A DNA stretch of 64,000 bases from an uncultured Oscillospiraceae bacterium. GTDB taxonomy: Bacteria; Bacillota; Clostridia; Acetivibrionales; DTU013. Shown in pieces: positions 10,565-20,664 of this stretch. Both the position numbers and the translations under genes were made by a program. Every line of letters begins with the position of its first letter. The first letter of the stretch is position 1. The notes under the pieces were generated by a model. It saw nothing but the letters and a program-made list of their open reading frames with translations, was not told the origin of the DNA and did not search any database. The stretch lies in NCBI GenBank assembly GCA_964512095.1, contig CAZEIH010000010.1:14743-78742 (forward strand), given 5' to 3'.

Positions 10565-11713
10565 CTATAGCCGTTTACTAGGGTGTATTATATCGGTAAC
10601 CCTCACGCCAAAGCTTTCATCAATTACCACAACCTCACCTTTTGCAATAGCTTTACCGTTAACAAGTATATCAACCGGCTCACCGGCTAACTTGTCTAGC
10701 TCTATTATCGAACCAGGACTAAATTCAAGGATATCCTTTATAAGCTTCTCTGTTCGACCAAGCTCTACTGTTACCTGAAGCGGTACATCCATTATAAGGT
10801 TGATATTCTTTCTGTCCAGGGTTATACGTCCTTCTTCAAAACTCTGAAAATGTGCAGGCGATACATTCACCGGTTCCCTAAGTACTCTATGCTCAGGCGC
10901 TTCGTACCCGTAATCCCGCTGATAGTTCTGGGCATCAGGGACTTGCTGCTGAACAGATTGGGGTTGACTTGGCATCTGCAAAGGAGGCGGTTCGGGTATA
11001 CTCTGTCTGCTCGGCTCCACAGGTGGTGGCGGCGTAGTTTGGTTATCCTCCACCTCCATGTTTAACAGGCTTTCTACCATTTCCCTTGCAAACCCCAGTG
11101 GTAATATTTGCATTATTTCACTATCTATCAAATCACCTACTACCATTTTAAAAGCTACCTTTACTACATCTTCATTCTCATCAACACCAATATTCTGCCT
11201 GAAGCTATCTATATCAAAAACAAATGCCTTTGGCGGCGAGATATCGATTCTCCTATCAAACATTGATGACATGGATGTAGATGAAGAGCCTACCATCTGG
11301 TTCATTGCTTCGCCAATTGCACTAAGATGAAGTTCTGACAGGGCTCCTTCCGTATTTGAGCCGTCTCCGCCCATCATAAGATCTGTTATTACCTTGACAT
11401 CATTCTCCTTCATTATCAAGAAGTTAGTACCTATGAGGCCGCTTGTGTACTCGACCTTGACACCAACAAGAGAATCAGCATACTCATTTGCAACTTCGTC
11501 CCATTTGCATACCGATACCCTGGGAGTCGTAATCGTAACCTTATGACCAAGCAGAGTAAACAGCGTCGTAGCCGAGGTCCCCATACTAATATTGCCTATC
11601 TCACCAAGAGCATCAATTTCTTGTGGACTCAAGCTATTGTCTTCTGATGACTGATCTGTTGGGGTCCCATTTAACAAAGCATCTATTTCAGCTTGTGATA
11701 ACATATCTCCCAT
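10565..11713 (-). CDS. fliY: Flagellar switch phosphatase FliY
   Basis: LSQAEIDALL N-terminus, two CheC-like motifs (EIGNISMG, EAMNQMVG), C-terminal FliN/SpoA domain. Confidence 0.95.
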   Translation of the reverse strand: MGDMLSQAEIDALLNGTPTDQSSEDNSLSPQEIDALGEIGNISMGTSATTLFTLLGHKVTITTPRVSVCKWDEVANEYADSLVGVKVEYTSGLIGTNFLIMKENDVKVITDLMMGGDGSNTEGALSELHLSAIGEAMNQMVGSSSTSMSSMFDRRIDISPPKAFVFDIDSFRQNIGVDENEDVVKVAFKMVVGDLIDSEIMQILPLGFAREMVESLLNMEVEDNQTTPPPPVEPSRQSIPEPPPLQMPSQPQSVQQQVPDAQNYQRDYGYEAPEHRVLREPVNVSPAHFQSFEEGRITLDRKNINLIMDVPLQVTVELGRTEKLIKDILEFSPGSIIELDKLAGEPVDILVNGKAIAKGEVVVIDESFGVRVTDIIHPSKRL

Positions 11714-12699
11714 TACTCTTCCTCCTTTTTTATTACCTTTGTTACCTTTACTGCCACCTTATTCCTCTTCACACCCGGAATCGCATAAAATTTCAATAGA
11801 TCTCCAACATTTACTTCAAGCTCTTCGTTGGCACCTGTATCCAAAGCAAGGACATCACCTGGCTGTAATTCGAGGAAGTCTGCCACTGTTATGGTTGTCT
11901 TGCCCAGTAATGCCTTTACAGGAACCTTTGTGCTTTGAACCTTACTCTCAATACTCAACTTCATGTCAGGAGTTGCTTCCTTTTCGACTGTAGAGAACCA
12001 AAACCTTGTGCTTAGCTTGGATACTATCGGCTCCACGACCATATGGGGTATACAGATGTTGATCATACCGTCTACATCTCCCACCCGGGCACTTAAGGTT
12101 ATAAGTGCCACTGTTTCATTCTGCGCTACTATTTGAGCAAACTGGGCATTTGTTTCGATCTTGTCCAGCCTGGGTCGTATTGATAACACATTCTCCCAGG
12201 GCTCGCGCATCAGATTTAGCATTTGTATTGTTATTCTTTCAATAATAGCCAGCTCTATCTCTGTAAATTCTCTAATCCTTTCCATTGAAGATCCCTTGCC
12301 ACCAAGTATTCTGTCTACCAAAGCATAAGCGACATGTGGCTCTATTTCAAATATTATAGAACCTGCCAATGGAGCAAAGTCGATAATTGCCAAAATAACC
12401 GGATTTGATACCGAATTACTGAAATCGCTATAGGGAAGCGCTTCCACAGTCATCACATCCACCTGTACAAGAGTCCTGAGATAACCGGTCAGAAAATTTG
12501 TAACAAGACGTGCATAATTGTCATATATGATATTAAGTGTTTTAATATGATCCTTTGCAAATTTGCTAGCTCTACGGAAATCGTAATTTTTAATCTTTTT
12601 TTCCTGTGTAGTAGACTGCATTTCCTGAGCATCGATTTCACCGGTGCTTAACGCCTTTAAAAGATCATCTATTTCATTCTGCGACAGAATGTCTCCCAT
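11713..12699 (-). CDS. fliM: Flagellar motor switch protein FliM (start at 12699 after AGGAGG)
   Basis: LSQNEIDDLL, YDFRRASKF, DRILGG. Confidence 0.96.
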   Translation of the reverse strand: MGDILSQNEIDDLLKALSTGEIDAQEMQSTTQEKKIKNYDFRRASKFAKDHIKTLNIIYDNYARLVTNFLTGYLRTLVQVDVMTVEALPYSDFSNSVSNPVILAIIDFAPLAGSIIFEIEPHVAYALVDRILGGKGSSMERIREFTEIELAIIERITIQMLNLMREPWENVLSIRPRLDKIETNAQFAQIVAQNETVALITLSARVGDVDGMINICIPHMVVEPIVSKLSTRFWFSTVEKEATPDMKLSIESKVQSTKVPVKALLGKTTITVADFLELQPGDVLALDTGANEELEVNVGDLLKFYAIPGVKRNKVAVKVTKVIKKEEE

Positions 12700-12770
12700 A
12701 AAAACCACCTCCTGTCAGTAGCCCTGCTTCACACTGCCAATATCTCTATCTGCAGCTGAATACTGGAATT

Positions 12771-13292
12771 CTACTGGAACAGCCATTCAGAGAATATAAC
12801 TCTATATACAATGTCCTCAGGCTCTTCTTCGCCCTCGTTCATCAATTCGTTGATCTGCTTGGTAAGGTCTTCTTTCGCCTGATCAAGGGTGTTGGTATCC
12901 TCTACATCATTTGCAGTAAGGTTCATAAAAAACTTTACAACAAGCTCTCGTATCTCTTCGTTACGTGCTGTAACGATATCTGTTACAACAGCCCTCTTAT
13001 CCCTTTTAAGTGTTTTGTAACACTTTAAGGTAACTCTCAATTGTATTATTGACGTTATTTTAGGATCCGTTTTTTGTAGGTTAAAATATGTAGCTTCAGT
13101 TGTAAGAGGTATCTTAATAAGCTCCTCTTCTTTTGGGATTTCCTTCTTAACCTCGCCATTTGCGTCAGTTGTGATAGGATCATCGTTGGAGCCGCCCTGG
13201 GCTATTAACATATACCCAGCAAGCGCCGCTAGTGAAAGCGCAAGCACCGCAACAATAACAATCAGTATGAAAAACGTACTTTTAGACTCCAA
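12771..13292 (-). CDS. fliL: Flagellar basal body-associated protein FliL
   Basis: N-terminal TM anchor, FNL motif, C-terminal VIFSEWLFQ, precedes fliM. Confidence 0.85.
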   Translation of the reverse strand: MESKSTFFILIVIVAVLALSLAALAGYMLIAQGGSNDDPITTDANGEVKKEIPKEEELIKIPLTTEATYFNLQKTDPKITSIIQLRVTLKCYKTLKRDKRAVVTDIVTARNEEIRELVVKFFMNLTANDVEDTNTLDQAKEDLTKQINELMNEGEEEPEDIVYRVIFSEWLFQ

Positions 13293-13306
13293 ATCTTATG
13301 CCCCCT

Positions 13307-13510
13307 TTATCCCTTGTGTGTTTCTGCATAAATCAGTATGCTTCCCTTGAATTCAATAATTCTGTCGATTACCTCATCTACTGATTCCTTGCATAGATAT
13401 TTCTTAGAATCAACTGTGGATATAACCGTATCTGGTGTCGCTTCCACTGTCTCAATCAATTCGCTATTCAGGACATAAACCGAGCCATTTAGCCTGGTTA
13501 GTTTAATCAT
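13307..13510 (-). CDS. flbD: Flagellar protein FlbD (SwrD-like)
   Basis: MIKLTRLNG...LNSELIETVEATPDTVI. Confidence 0.92.
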   Translation of the reverse strand: MIKLTRLNGSVYVLNSELIETVEATPDTVISTVDSKKYLCKESVDEVIDRIIEFKGSILIYAETHKG

Positions 13511-13624
13511 AATATTTTTGCCTCAAAAACTCAATAGATAAATTTCATAAATTGACGAAAAATGTGCTTTTTTGAAATTACTATTAAGTAATTTGTGTCC
13601 TTTCTGGAATATTCTGTGCTGCCA

Positions 13625-13651
13625 GGCGCCTCAGTCCTAATCAGAGGCGCC
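13625..13651 (-). terminator. Stem-loop downstream of flgE (terminator or RNA stabiliser)
   Basis: GGCGCCTC-N11-GAGGCGCC perfect 8-bp stem; no clear U-tract. Confidence 0.4.
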
Positions 13652-13682
13652 CCAGCATCAGTTTAATGTCACTTTTTCATGC

Positions 13683-14987
13683 CTATCTCTTCAGACTTAC
13701 AAGCTCTTGCAGCATTTCATCTGATGTAGTTATTATACGGCTGTTTGCCTGGAAGCCTCTCTGTGTCACTATCATTTCTGTGAATTCCTTTGATAGGTCC
13801 ACATTGGACATTTCAAGTGTTCCGGGATTCAGGGTCCCAACACCGTTGGAGCCTGCTTTTACAGCCTTGTAGTCACCTGAGTTTGTAGTGGGAACATACA
13901 TATTGTCGCCAGATTTCTGAAGGCCTGCAGGGTTTTCAAAGCCTGATATAGCCATTAACCCCAAGGACTGCTGCTGTCCATTGTCGTAAATACCTGTTAG
14001 GATACCATCCGAGCCTACACTGAAGGTTACCAGACTTCCTGATGGATAACCGTCAATACTTTGAGGCTTGACAGAGTTGTCAGCTGCAAACGCAGTAATT
14101 TTTGAAAAATCAAAGGTTACGTCAAATGCATCTGTGCCTGTTTCGGCATCCGGCTCAAAGCTCGTTGGTGTATCAGGAATCATTCCACTGGAAATTATAC
14201 CTTCTGCATCAAATGTCAGAGTACCTGACGCCCCTGATGGGACACCATATCCATCACCCGCCGGCATAGTCCAACTCCAAGTGGATCCTGTTTCATCGGC
14301 ATTGGTTTTCCAGAACTGGACATTGACCTTATAGTCATTACCCAGTCTGTCATATACAGTCATTGGAACCGAGAACATCTGATCCTCTGTTGGATCACCT
14401 GTTACCACCGGCATCGAAGCATCTAGATTACCAGAAAGATTTGCTATTGACGTTGCCTTAGCTGAAATTATTCTTTTATTTCTGTAAGCATCAGTGTACA
14501 GATTTATTGGCTCAATAGGTCTTTCAGTATCGAATTCCCCACTGCCGTCAGTCTTTAGAGCCTGCCATCCATAAACATTAAGTCCGCTGCCTGTTATCAG
14601 ATTACCTAATTTGTCTATACCAAAGTTCCCTGCTCTTGTAAATTTAAAGGTATCATTGGCACCGCCTTTACAGATAAAAAAGCCATCGCCCTCTATAGAC
14701 ATATCTGTAGGATTGTCGGTCCTTTGTAAGCTACCTCTTGTTGTGATGGTATCTACAGTGCCCACTCCAAGGCCAAGTCCTATCTGCATGGGGTTTGTAC
14801 CACCCCTGCCTGTTGTTGAGTCAGGCGCGCTAGCACCCTTCAAGGTCTGGCTAAATATTTCCTGGAAGGTTACTCTTCCCGACTTAAAGCCTACTGTATT
14901 TACGTTTGCTACGTTGTTACCTATTACGTCCATTCTTGTCTGATGTGCCCTAAGCCCGGACACACCAGAGAACATTGATCTCATCAT
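13683..14987 (-). CDS. flgE: Flagellar hook protein FlgE
   Basis: MMRSMFSGVSGL...NNVANVNTVGFK; C-terminal LEMSNVDLSKEFTEMIVTQRGFQANSR. Confidence 0.93.
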   Translation of the reverse strand: MMRSMFSGVSGLRAHQTRMDVIGNNVANVNTVGFKSGRVTFQEIFSQTLKGASAPDSTTGRGGTNPMQIGLGLGVGTVDTITTRGSLQRTDNPTDMSIEGDGFFICKGGANDTFKFTRAGNFGIDKLGNLITGSGLNVYGWQALKTDGSGEFDTERPIEPINLYTDAYRNKRIISAKATSIANLSGNLDASMPVVTGDPTEDQMFSVPMTVYDRLGNDYKVNVQFWKTNADETGSTWSWTMPAGDGYGVPSGASGTLTFDAEGIISSGMIPDTPTSFEPDAETGTDAFDVTFDFSKITAFAADNSVKPQSIDGYPSGSLVTFSVGSDGILTGIYDNGQQQSLGLMAISGFENPAGLQKSGDNMYVPTTNSGDYKAVKAGSNGVGTLNPGTLEMSNVDLSKEFTEMIVTQRGFQANSRIITTSDEMLQELVSLKR

Positions 14988-15076
14988 ATCGTCTATTCGA
15001 CCTCCTTCGTTGTATCAACATTGTTCCATCCCATCCGTCATTCAGGGATGTACAGCCTCCCGAAAGGGTCCGGCTG

Positions 15077-15487
15077 CTATACTATTACTGCCCCATCAAT
15101 ATTTGTGAATACATTTTCCTTGAGCTCATTGCTATTTGCCGCTGTAATCACTGTTTTGTTTCTGATATTCACCACAAATGCCAGATCATCCATCAGTACC
15201 AGTGAATCCCTGACTCCCTTTGACTCTGCCTTTGCAACAGCCTCCTTCATTTTATCCCTTTGCGACTGTGTAAGGCTGATGTTCCTTGTCTGGAGTCTGA
15301 GCTCTGCATGCTTTGAAAATCTGATTTCCTCGTTTTCCGCCTGCTTCTGCTTTAAAACGCTTTCGAAATTCCCAACCTTTACGTTATGCTGTCTTTGAAT
15401 ACTACCTACCTTCACAGCTCCTGTAGACTGGGGTCTATTCGTAATCACAGGCTTGTTTATGTTGTTTCCCATTGAATCAATTACCAT
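15077..15487 (-). CDS. Putative flagellar operon protein (TIGR02530-like); likely start 15487
   Basis: FSKHAELRL...GVRDSLVL...VVNIRNKTVITA...VFTNIDGAV, located between flgD and flgE. Confidence 0.85.
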   Translation of the reverse strand: MVIDSMGNNINKPVITNRPQSTGAVKVGSIQRQHNVKVGNFESVLKQKQAENEEIRFSKHAELRLQTRNISLTQSQRDKMKEAVAKAESKGVRDSLVLMDDLAFVVNIRNKTVITAANSNELKENVFTNIDGAVIV

Positions 15488-16406
15488 CGTTGTCACCTGC
15501 CTGTTCAACATCGCCTTCTGTATCAACAACCTCAGTTTCTGGTTCATCCTTGTCTGTTTCAGATTCAACAGCTTGCCTTGTGATGTTGGTTATACTCTCG
15601 ATAGGAGCGTGAACACCGTTGAGGACTGCATTGATCTTGCCACCTGCTGTAAAGCTCAGTTCTGTAATAGTTGCTGTAACAGGTACACGTCTTCCGGTAC
15701 TGGAATCCTTGATGATCAGGTCTATGGAGGTGCCATTATCATGTGCGTTGGACAACGTGTTATTTACATACTCTGTGTCAGTTGTCTTTACCGAGGTGTT
15801 AAGGCCGGCTATTTCCACCTCAACCCCATCTATCACAGCGTAATCCTCATATACACCCTTCTGCAGCGAACTAACTGTGCCGCTAACCTTAATCATGTCA
15901 CCATCGGCTGGGTTGTAGACGATACCGTTGACCTTAGATCCTATCAGGCTGGTAAACTGTGAAAGATTGCTCTGAGAAGAATATGTACCTTCGGTTACTT
16001 CTATAATGTCGTCCACAGATACCTCTGTCCCCTTGACTACAACATAGTACTTGCCTCCGATAAAGCTAACACTTGAAACGTCTCCTGCAACCTCATTGAC
16101 CTCTTTTGTTGTAGAATCAATAACATGGGCTAGAATGCTTTTTCCAATCAGACCATATGCCTTCGTCGCTGAAAAACTGGTATTTAGGTTCTGCATCTGT
16201 TCCAGGGCGCTGAATTGAGCCATTTGTCCGATAAATTCCTTATCGTCGGTGGGATTCAGTGGATCCTGATACCTGAGCTGTGTGACCAAAAGATTCAAAA
16301 AGTCATCCTTCCCAAGATCTCCAGTATCTCTGTTGCCTAATTTGGATGTATTATCATCAATTATCTGTTGTATTGTTTTTTGGTTATTTGCTGCTGCTAC
16401 ACTCAT
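15477..16406 (-). CDS. flgD: Flagellar hook capping protein FlgD (extended C-terminus)
   Basis: LGKDDFLNLLVTQLRYQDPLNP...QMAQFSALEQM. Confidence 0.95.
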   Translation of the reverse strand: MSVAAANNQKTIQQIIDDNTSKLGNRDTGDLGKDDFLNLLVTQLRYQDPLNPTDDKEFIGQMAQFSALEQMQNLNTSFSATKAYGLIGKSILAHVIDSTTKEVNEVAGDVSSVSFIGGKYYVVVKGTEVSVDDIIEVTEGTYSSQSNLSQFTSLIGSKVNGIVYNPADGDMIKVSGTVSSLQKGVYEDYAVIDGVEVEIAGLNTSVKTTDTEYVNNTLSNAHDNGTSIDLIIKDSSTGRRVPVTATITELSFTAGGKINAVLNGVHAPIESITNITRQAVESETDKDEPETEVVDTEGDVEQAGDNDGN

Positions 16407-16417
16407 TTAATCACCTC

Positions 16418-17992
16418 CTAAGCTGTAAGATTTATAGTGCTGCTTTCCCACAAATACGGGTTGACCCCTGCTGTTGCTTCCGTAAAGCCTGGAATTACAC
16501 CTTCACTGCCTCTTGCTCCAGACACCGGCCTGGCGCCGCTTGATGTGCGTTGAAAGTTCTCGTAATGTGACCTTTCTGCACTGGATTGATTTCCCTCTTG
16601 TCTTACTGATACACTAATATTTTGAATATTGATACCCTGTCTTTGCATTGAATCCTTTAACATTTGCATATTAGTTTCCAATACCTGCTGCACATGTTGG
16701 TTTTCAGCAACGAACTTTGCCATTACGATACCATTCTCTGTCACTACCTTCAGTGATATCCTGCCAAGACTTTCAGGCTTCAGCTCTATAAGCATTTCTG
16801 ATCTGTCTTGCGAAATCACTACACCGGCTTTTTCAATGATCTGTCCTAATATCTCCCTTGCAGGCACTGTCTGCCTTTGTGTTTTGCTGTAGTCAACCAC
16901 CTCGGTTACAGCTGAGTTGTCGGAAGCAATGGTTGCGAAAATATGCTGCATTTTCTCATCATTCTGTTCAAAAGTCTTCAATAATGGCTCCTGCGTACTA
17001 TTTCCATCCTTCATTTGAAGCCCATCATTATCAGAGGACATCTCTTCCTTTTGTAATTCAGACCCATCCTTATTTGTTTCTGATCCATTTACACCTTCGA
17101 TCGAATCACCACTTGGATTTGACTCTAGATACTGATTAAGTATGTTTTGTCTTATAGCTTCCGACTTTTTGAACAACGGCTCCATGAGGCTTTTTATTTC
17201 ACTTTCCACCGTGTCTGTTTCCATCATAAGCCTTTGGGTATACTCTTCGAGCTTTTCAGATATCCTTGCCAAAAGCTGGTCAGTATCAGTAGCGCTCATT
17301 ACGGCACCAGTTTTATTGTCTGAATCAAAAGTGTTTCCTTGTGCCCCCTGAGTCGCCTGATCATTGCTGTTAGCCTTCTTTGCATTGTATGCTAATACTT
17401 CCGAAATACCCTGGCTTAATGAAGTCTCCGTTACAGCTCCCCTAATTATTTCAAGCAGCTGTGCAAGGGTTTGTGCTTCAACCTCGTCCAGACCAAGTAC
17501 TGAAGATATTTTTGCGGATGCTTCAGCTACGTTTTCAAGATCACCCAGCTCCTCCGGAGATATTCCACCTTCAGCCAATAGTTTATTCAGCTTCTCCCGA
17601 TCCACACCAAGCATTTGTGCCAGAATCTGCATTAGGTCTACAGAAGAGTTTTTCGTTGCTTCTTCAGCCTTTGGAGCATTACTGCCTTCCTTCTTTTTAA
17701 CCTTATCTTCCGCAGAAATACTTTGACTTTTGTGTGTGGGACCTTTAGCTTCGGTTCTATTTATGCCTTCCCTTGCCTGTGTGTATGTTTTGTATAGCGG
17801 TGTGTCTGGTGCATCATTCCCCCTTGCTACTGGCTGTCTGGCGGCAGTCGGTCTCATCCTGCTTCCCAGTATCTGATCGAAAGACATACTGTTGCTGTTG
17901 TTTCCCAGAGCTATCTGTCTATTTCCCGCCTTAAAGGATAGGTTTGTCTGATCAACTGTCACATTACCCATCAAAATTTCAGTAAAATTCAC
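16418..17992 (-). CDS. fliK: Flagellar hook-length control protein FliK (likely GTG start 17992)
   Basis: C-terminal FliK domain IELKPESLGRISLKV...LKDSMQRQGINI; RBS GGAGG. Confidence 0.9.
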   Translation of the reverse strand: MNFTEILMGNVTVDQTNLSFKAGNRQIALGNNSNSMSFDQILGSRMRPTAARQPVARGNDAPDTPLYKTYTQAREGINRTEAKGPTHKSQSISAEDKVKKKEGSNAPKAEEATKNSSVDLMQILAQMLGVDREKLNKLLAEGGISPEELGDLENVAEASAKISSVLGLDEVEAQTLAQLLEIIRGAVTETSLSQGISEVLAYNAKKANSNDQATQGAQGNTFDSDNKTGAVMSATDTDQLLARISEKLEEYTQRLMMETDTVESEIKSLMEPLFKKSEAIRQNILNQYLESNPSGDSIEGVNGSETNKDGSELQKEEMSSDNDGLQMKDGNSTQEPLLKTFEQNDEKMQHIFATIASDNSAVTEVVDYSKTQRQTVPAREILGQIIEKAGVVISQDRSEMLIELKPESLGRISLKVVTENGIVMAKFVAENQHVQQVLETNMQMLKDSMQRQGINIQNISVSVRQEGNQSSAERSHYENFQRTSSGARPVSGARGSEGVIPGFTEATAGVNPYLWESSTINLTA

Positions 17993-18023
17993 TAATTCAC
18001 CTCCTCTCATGAATCGGTATTTA

Positions 18024-18818
18024 TCAATCACCCTTGTAAAGGGAATTGAGCTCTTCTGTAACCTTTGCTGCAAAACCAGGTGTCATAGCCTCAAGTATTT
18101 CGGATGAATTAACCTTGTTCATTGCCTTCAACGTTTCAGTTATCATATCCAGCTTTGATGTACCTAACTGTTCAAAAATAGCTGCAGCTGACGCCGGATC
18201 CATTTCTGCATAAACTAGTGCAAACTTCTTAATATTTTCATCAACCTGCTGTTGCTTGACTATAGCCTCATAAAGTATTTGAGCACTTTCCGGATCAATA
18301 GAGTCATAGTGTTCAATAAATGCGGCAGTATTACCACTTACAATTATTTCATCAATACTGATCCTTTCATCTGCGATTTGCTGCTCCATGGCTTCAATGG
18401 CCACCTCGCGCATCTTCAACGATTGCAATGTAGCCTCAGCTTGTTGGATTAGCTCATCATAATCGTCCTTAAAGACTAGCAGTTCTTTTTCTTTGTCCTC
18501 AGCCTCTGTCAGCTGTCTTTTTAGCTCCTCATTTTCTGTCTTACATTCGATATATTTATCTCTTATTTCGCCTTGGGTCATATATTTGGGGTTCTGGGGA
18601 TCCGGCTCCTCTGGCAGGGCAAGATTCAGTAAGGGTATTCCCTTGACAGTAGAATAGTATTTCTCCGTAACTCCGCCTATATTGTTGAAAAAAATGAAAT
18701 AGAAAACAGCCAAAAAAGCAGCTACTATAATAACAATATCTATAAGTATCACAACTATCGTTGCAAGTTTACTTCTCTTTTTCTTACCGCCTTTTTTTTC
18801 ATTAGATTTAGCTGGCAT
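18024..18818 (-). CDS. MotE/MgtE-N-like flagellar protein (YlxF-like)
   Basis: N-terminal TM segment, coiled coil, YAEMDPASAAAIF...SEILEAMTPGFAAK, follows fliJ. Confidence 0.75.
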   Translation of the reverse strand: MPAKSNEKKGGKKKRSKLATIVVILIDIVIIVAAFLAVFYFIFFNNIGGVTEKYYSTVKGIPLLNLALPEEPDPQNPKYMTQGEIRDKYIECKTENEELKRQLTEAEDKEKELLVFKDDYDELIQQAEATLQSLKMREVAIEAMEQQIADERISIDEIIVSGNTAAFIEHYDSIDPESAQILYEAIVKQQQVDENIKKFALVYAEMDPASAAAIFEQLGTSKLDMITETLKAMNKVNSSEILEAMTPGFAAKVTEELNSLYKGD

Positions 18819-18820
18819 CC

Positions 18821-19270
18821 CTAATCTCCCACACTACTCTCATTATAGTTGTAACTGACGATTTCATCATTTGTTTTCTGTTCGAGTTTTTTTTGTTCAA
18901 TCATATATTCATCATGTTTTTTTTCTTTTAGTTTATCAAGGATTTTTCTTTCCTTCACAGCCAACAATAACTCTTCTCTAATTTTATCGACATATAAAGC
19001 CGCATTGTTTACCTCTTCTTTTTGTGACTTTATTTTGGAATTGAGTAATGACAAGTATTCATTGAACTCAATCAGCTTATACACTGTTGCTTTTCTAGTT
19101 TTCTCATTAAACTCTCTAATAGTCTCCACTTGTAATTTTTCCAAAGCTATAAGCTTCTGCTTTTCTGCCTCCAGAAGCTGTATTGCCTTACCAAGCTCAT
19201 TCTTTTTATTGTCTTCTTGTTGTTTCTTTATATTTAGAACTGTCTGAAGCTTGAATATGAACTTAGCCAT
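18821..19270 (-). CDS. fliJ: Flagellar export chaperone FliJ
   Basis: FIFKLQTVLNIK...ERKILDKLKEK...EQKTNDE. Confidence 0.92.
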   Translation of the reverse strand: MAKFIFKLQTVLNIKKQQEDNKKNELGKAIQLLEAEKQKLIALEKLQVETIREFNEKTRKATVYKLIEFNEYLSLLNSKIKSQKEEVNNAALYVDKIREELLLAVKERKILDKLKEKKHDEYMIEQKKLEQKTNDEIVSYNYNESSVGD

Positions 19271-19332
19271 TTATACACCTCTGCAAGTTAACTATAGTGC
19301 CATTTCGATGCGGAGGATTGCTAGCAGTAGCC

Positions 19333-20643
19333 TTATTGAATAGCTTCCTCCAAAAGGTCAAGTACCTCCTGGAAGGTGTACCTGTCTTCTGTTGACTGCT
19401 GTATGAAGCCTAATATACCATCTATAAGGATTAATGCATGATCTATCTTCTCATTACTGCCCTTAACATAAGCTCCAATATTTATCAAATCCTCTGAGTC
19501 CCTATATATAGCCAATGCTTTTTTAACCTCGGCAGCTGCTGCTTTGTGTTCCTTTGTAATAATATCCGGCATAACACGGCTTACGCTTGCAAGCACATCT
19601 ATGGCCGGATATTGATTCCTGTTGGCAAGTGAACGTGAAAGTACTATATGCCCATCTAGTATACCTCTGGCGGTATCAGTGACAGGCTCAGTCATGTCAT
19701 CACCATCTACAAGTACAGTATAAAGTCCTGTAATAGAACCTTTTTCAGAGTTTCCTGCTCGCTCTAAAAGCTTTGGCATGGCCCCAAACACAGACGGAGT
19801 GTATCCTCTGGATACAGGAGGTTCACCAATCGATAGCCCAACCTCTCTCTGGGCCATTGCAAAACGAGTCAGTGAATCCATAAGCAATAAAACGTCTTTT
19901 CCTTGATCTCTATAGTATTCAGCAATCGCTGTTGCGACATAAGCTCCCTTAAGTCTAACCAGAGCAGGCTGATCAGATGTGGCAACTACTACCACAGACC
20001 TGGACAAGCCTTCCTCCTTTAGATCCTTTTCAATGAACTCCCTTACCTCTCTACCTCGCTCTCCTATCAAAGCAATGACATTAACATCTGCCTTAGTATT
20101 CCTGGCTATCATACCCATAAGTGTGCTTTTACCCACACCACTGCCTGCAAAGATGCCAATACGCTGACCTTTGCCTACTGTCAACAGTCCATCAATGGAT
20201 TTGATTCCAAGAGTTAATGGCTCTGTAATTCGTTTTCTGTTCAATGGATGAGGTGGTTTATTATCAATGGGATAATATTGCTCAGGTCTGAATGGTTCCT
20301 TGTCGTCTATAGGATATCCAAGGCCATCAAGTACACGTCCTGTCAGGTTTTTTCCTACACCTATCTTCAGTATCGTATCGGAAGCCACCACTAGATTGCC
20401 TGGGCCGACACCTGCCATTTCTCCAAGAGGCATCAGCAAAACTTTGTTGTCTCTGAAGCCAACAACCTCGGTCTGTATAATCCTTTTGCCTTTTGAAGCG
20501 TGGAGCTTACATAACTCACCGACATCGACCTCAGGTCCATCAGACTCTATTGTGAGGCCAACTACCTTGGACACGTTGCCGTAGTATTTTAGAAAACTTG
20601 ATTTGTCTAGTATTTCATGATATTTCTGAAGGCTTATTTGCAC
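19333..20643 (-). CDS. fliI: Flagellar export ATPase FliI
   Basis: FAGSGVGKS, GERGREV, DSLTRFA, DGHIVLSR. Confidence 0.97.
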   Translation of the reverse strand: MQISLQKYHEILDKSSFLKYYGNVSKVVGLTIESDGPEVDVGELCKLHASKGKRIIQTEVVGFRDNKVLLMPLGEMAGVGPGNLVVASDTILKIGVGKNLTGRVLDGLGYPIDDKEPFRPEQYYPIDNKPPHPLNRKRITEPLTLGIKSIDGLLTVGKGQRIGIFAGSGVGKSTLMGMIARNTKADVNVIALIGERGREVREFIEKDLKEEGLSRSVVVVATSDQPALVRLKGAYVATAIAEYYRDQGKDVLLLMDSLTRFAMAQREVGLSIGEPPVSRGYTPSVFGAMPKLLERAGNSEKGSITGLYTVLVDGDDMTEPVTDTARGILDGHIVLSRSLANRNQYPAIDVLASVSRVMPDIITKEHKAAAAEVKKALAIYRDSEDLINIGAYVKGSNEKIDHALILIDGILGFIQQSTEDRYTFQEVLDLLEEAIQ

Positions 20644-20664
20644 TGTGTCAAAACCTCCCCGGAA

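Noticed and set aside
13645-13659. GGCGCCC(C)AGCATC similarity with 24104-24116
   Set aside because: A 13-14 nt match with no further alignment; likely chance
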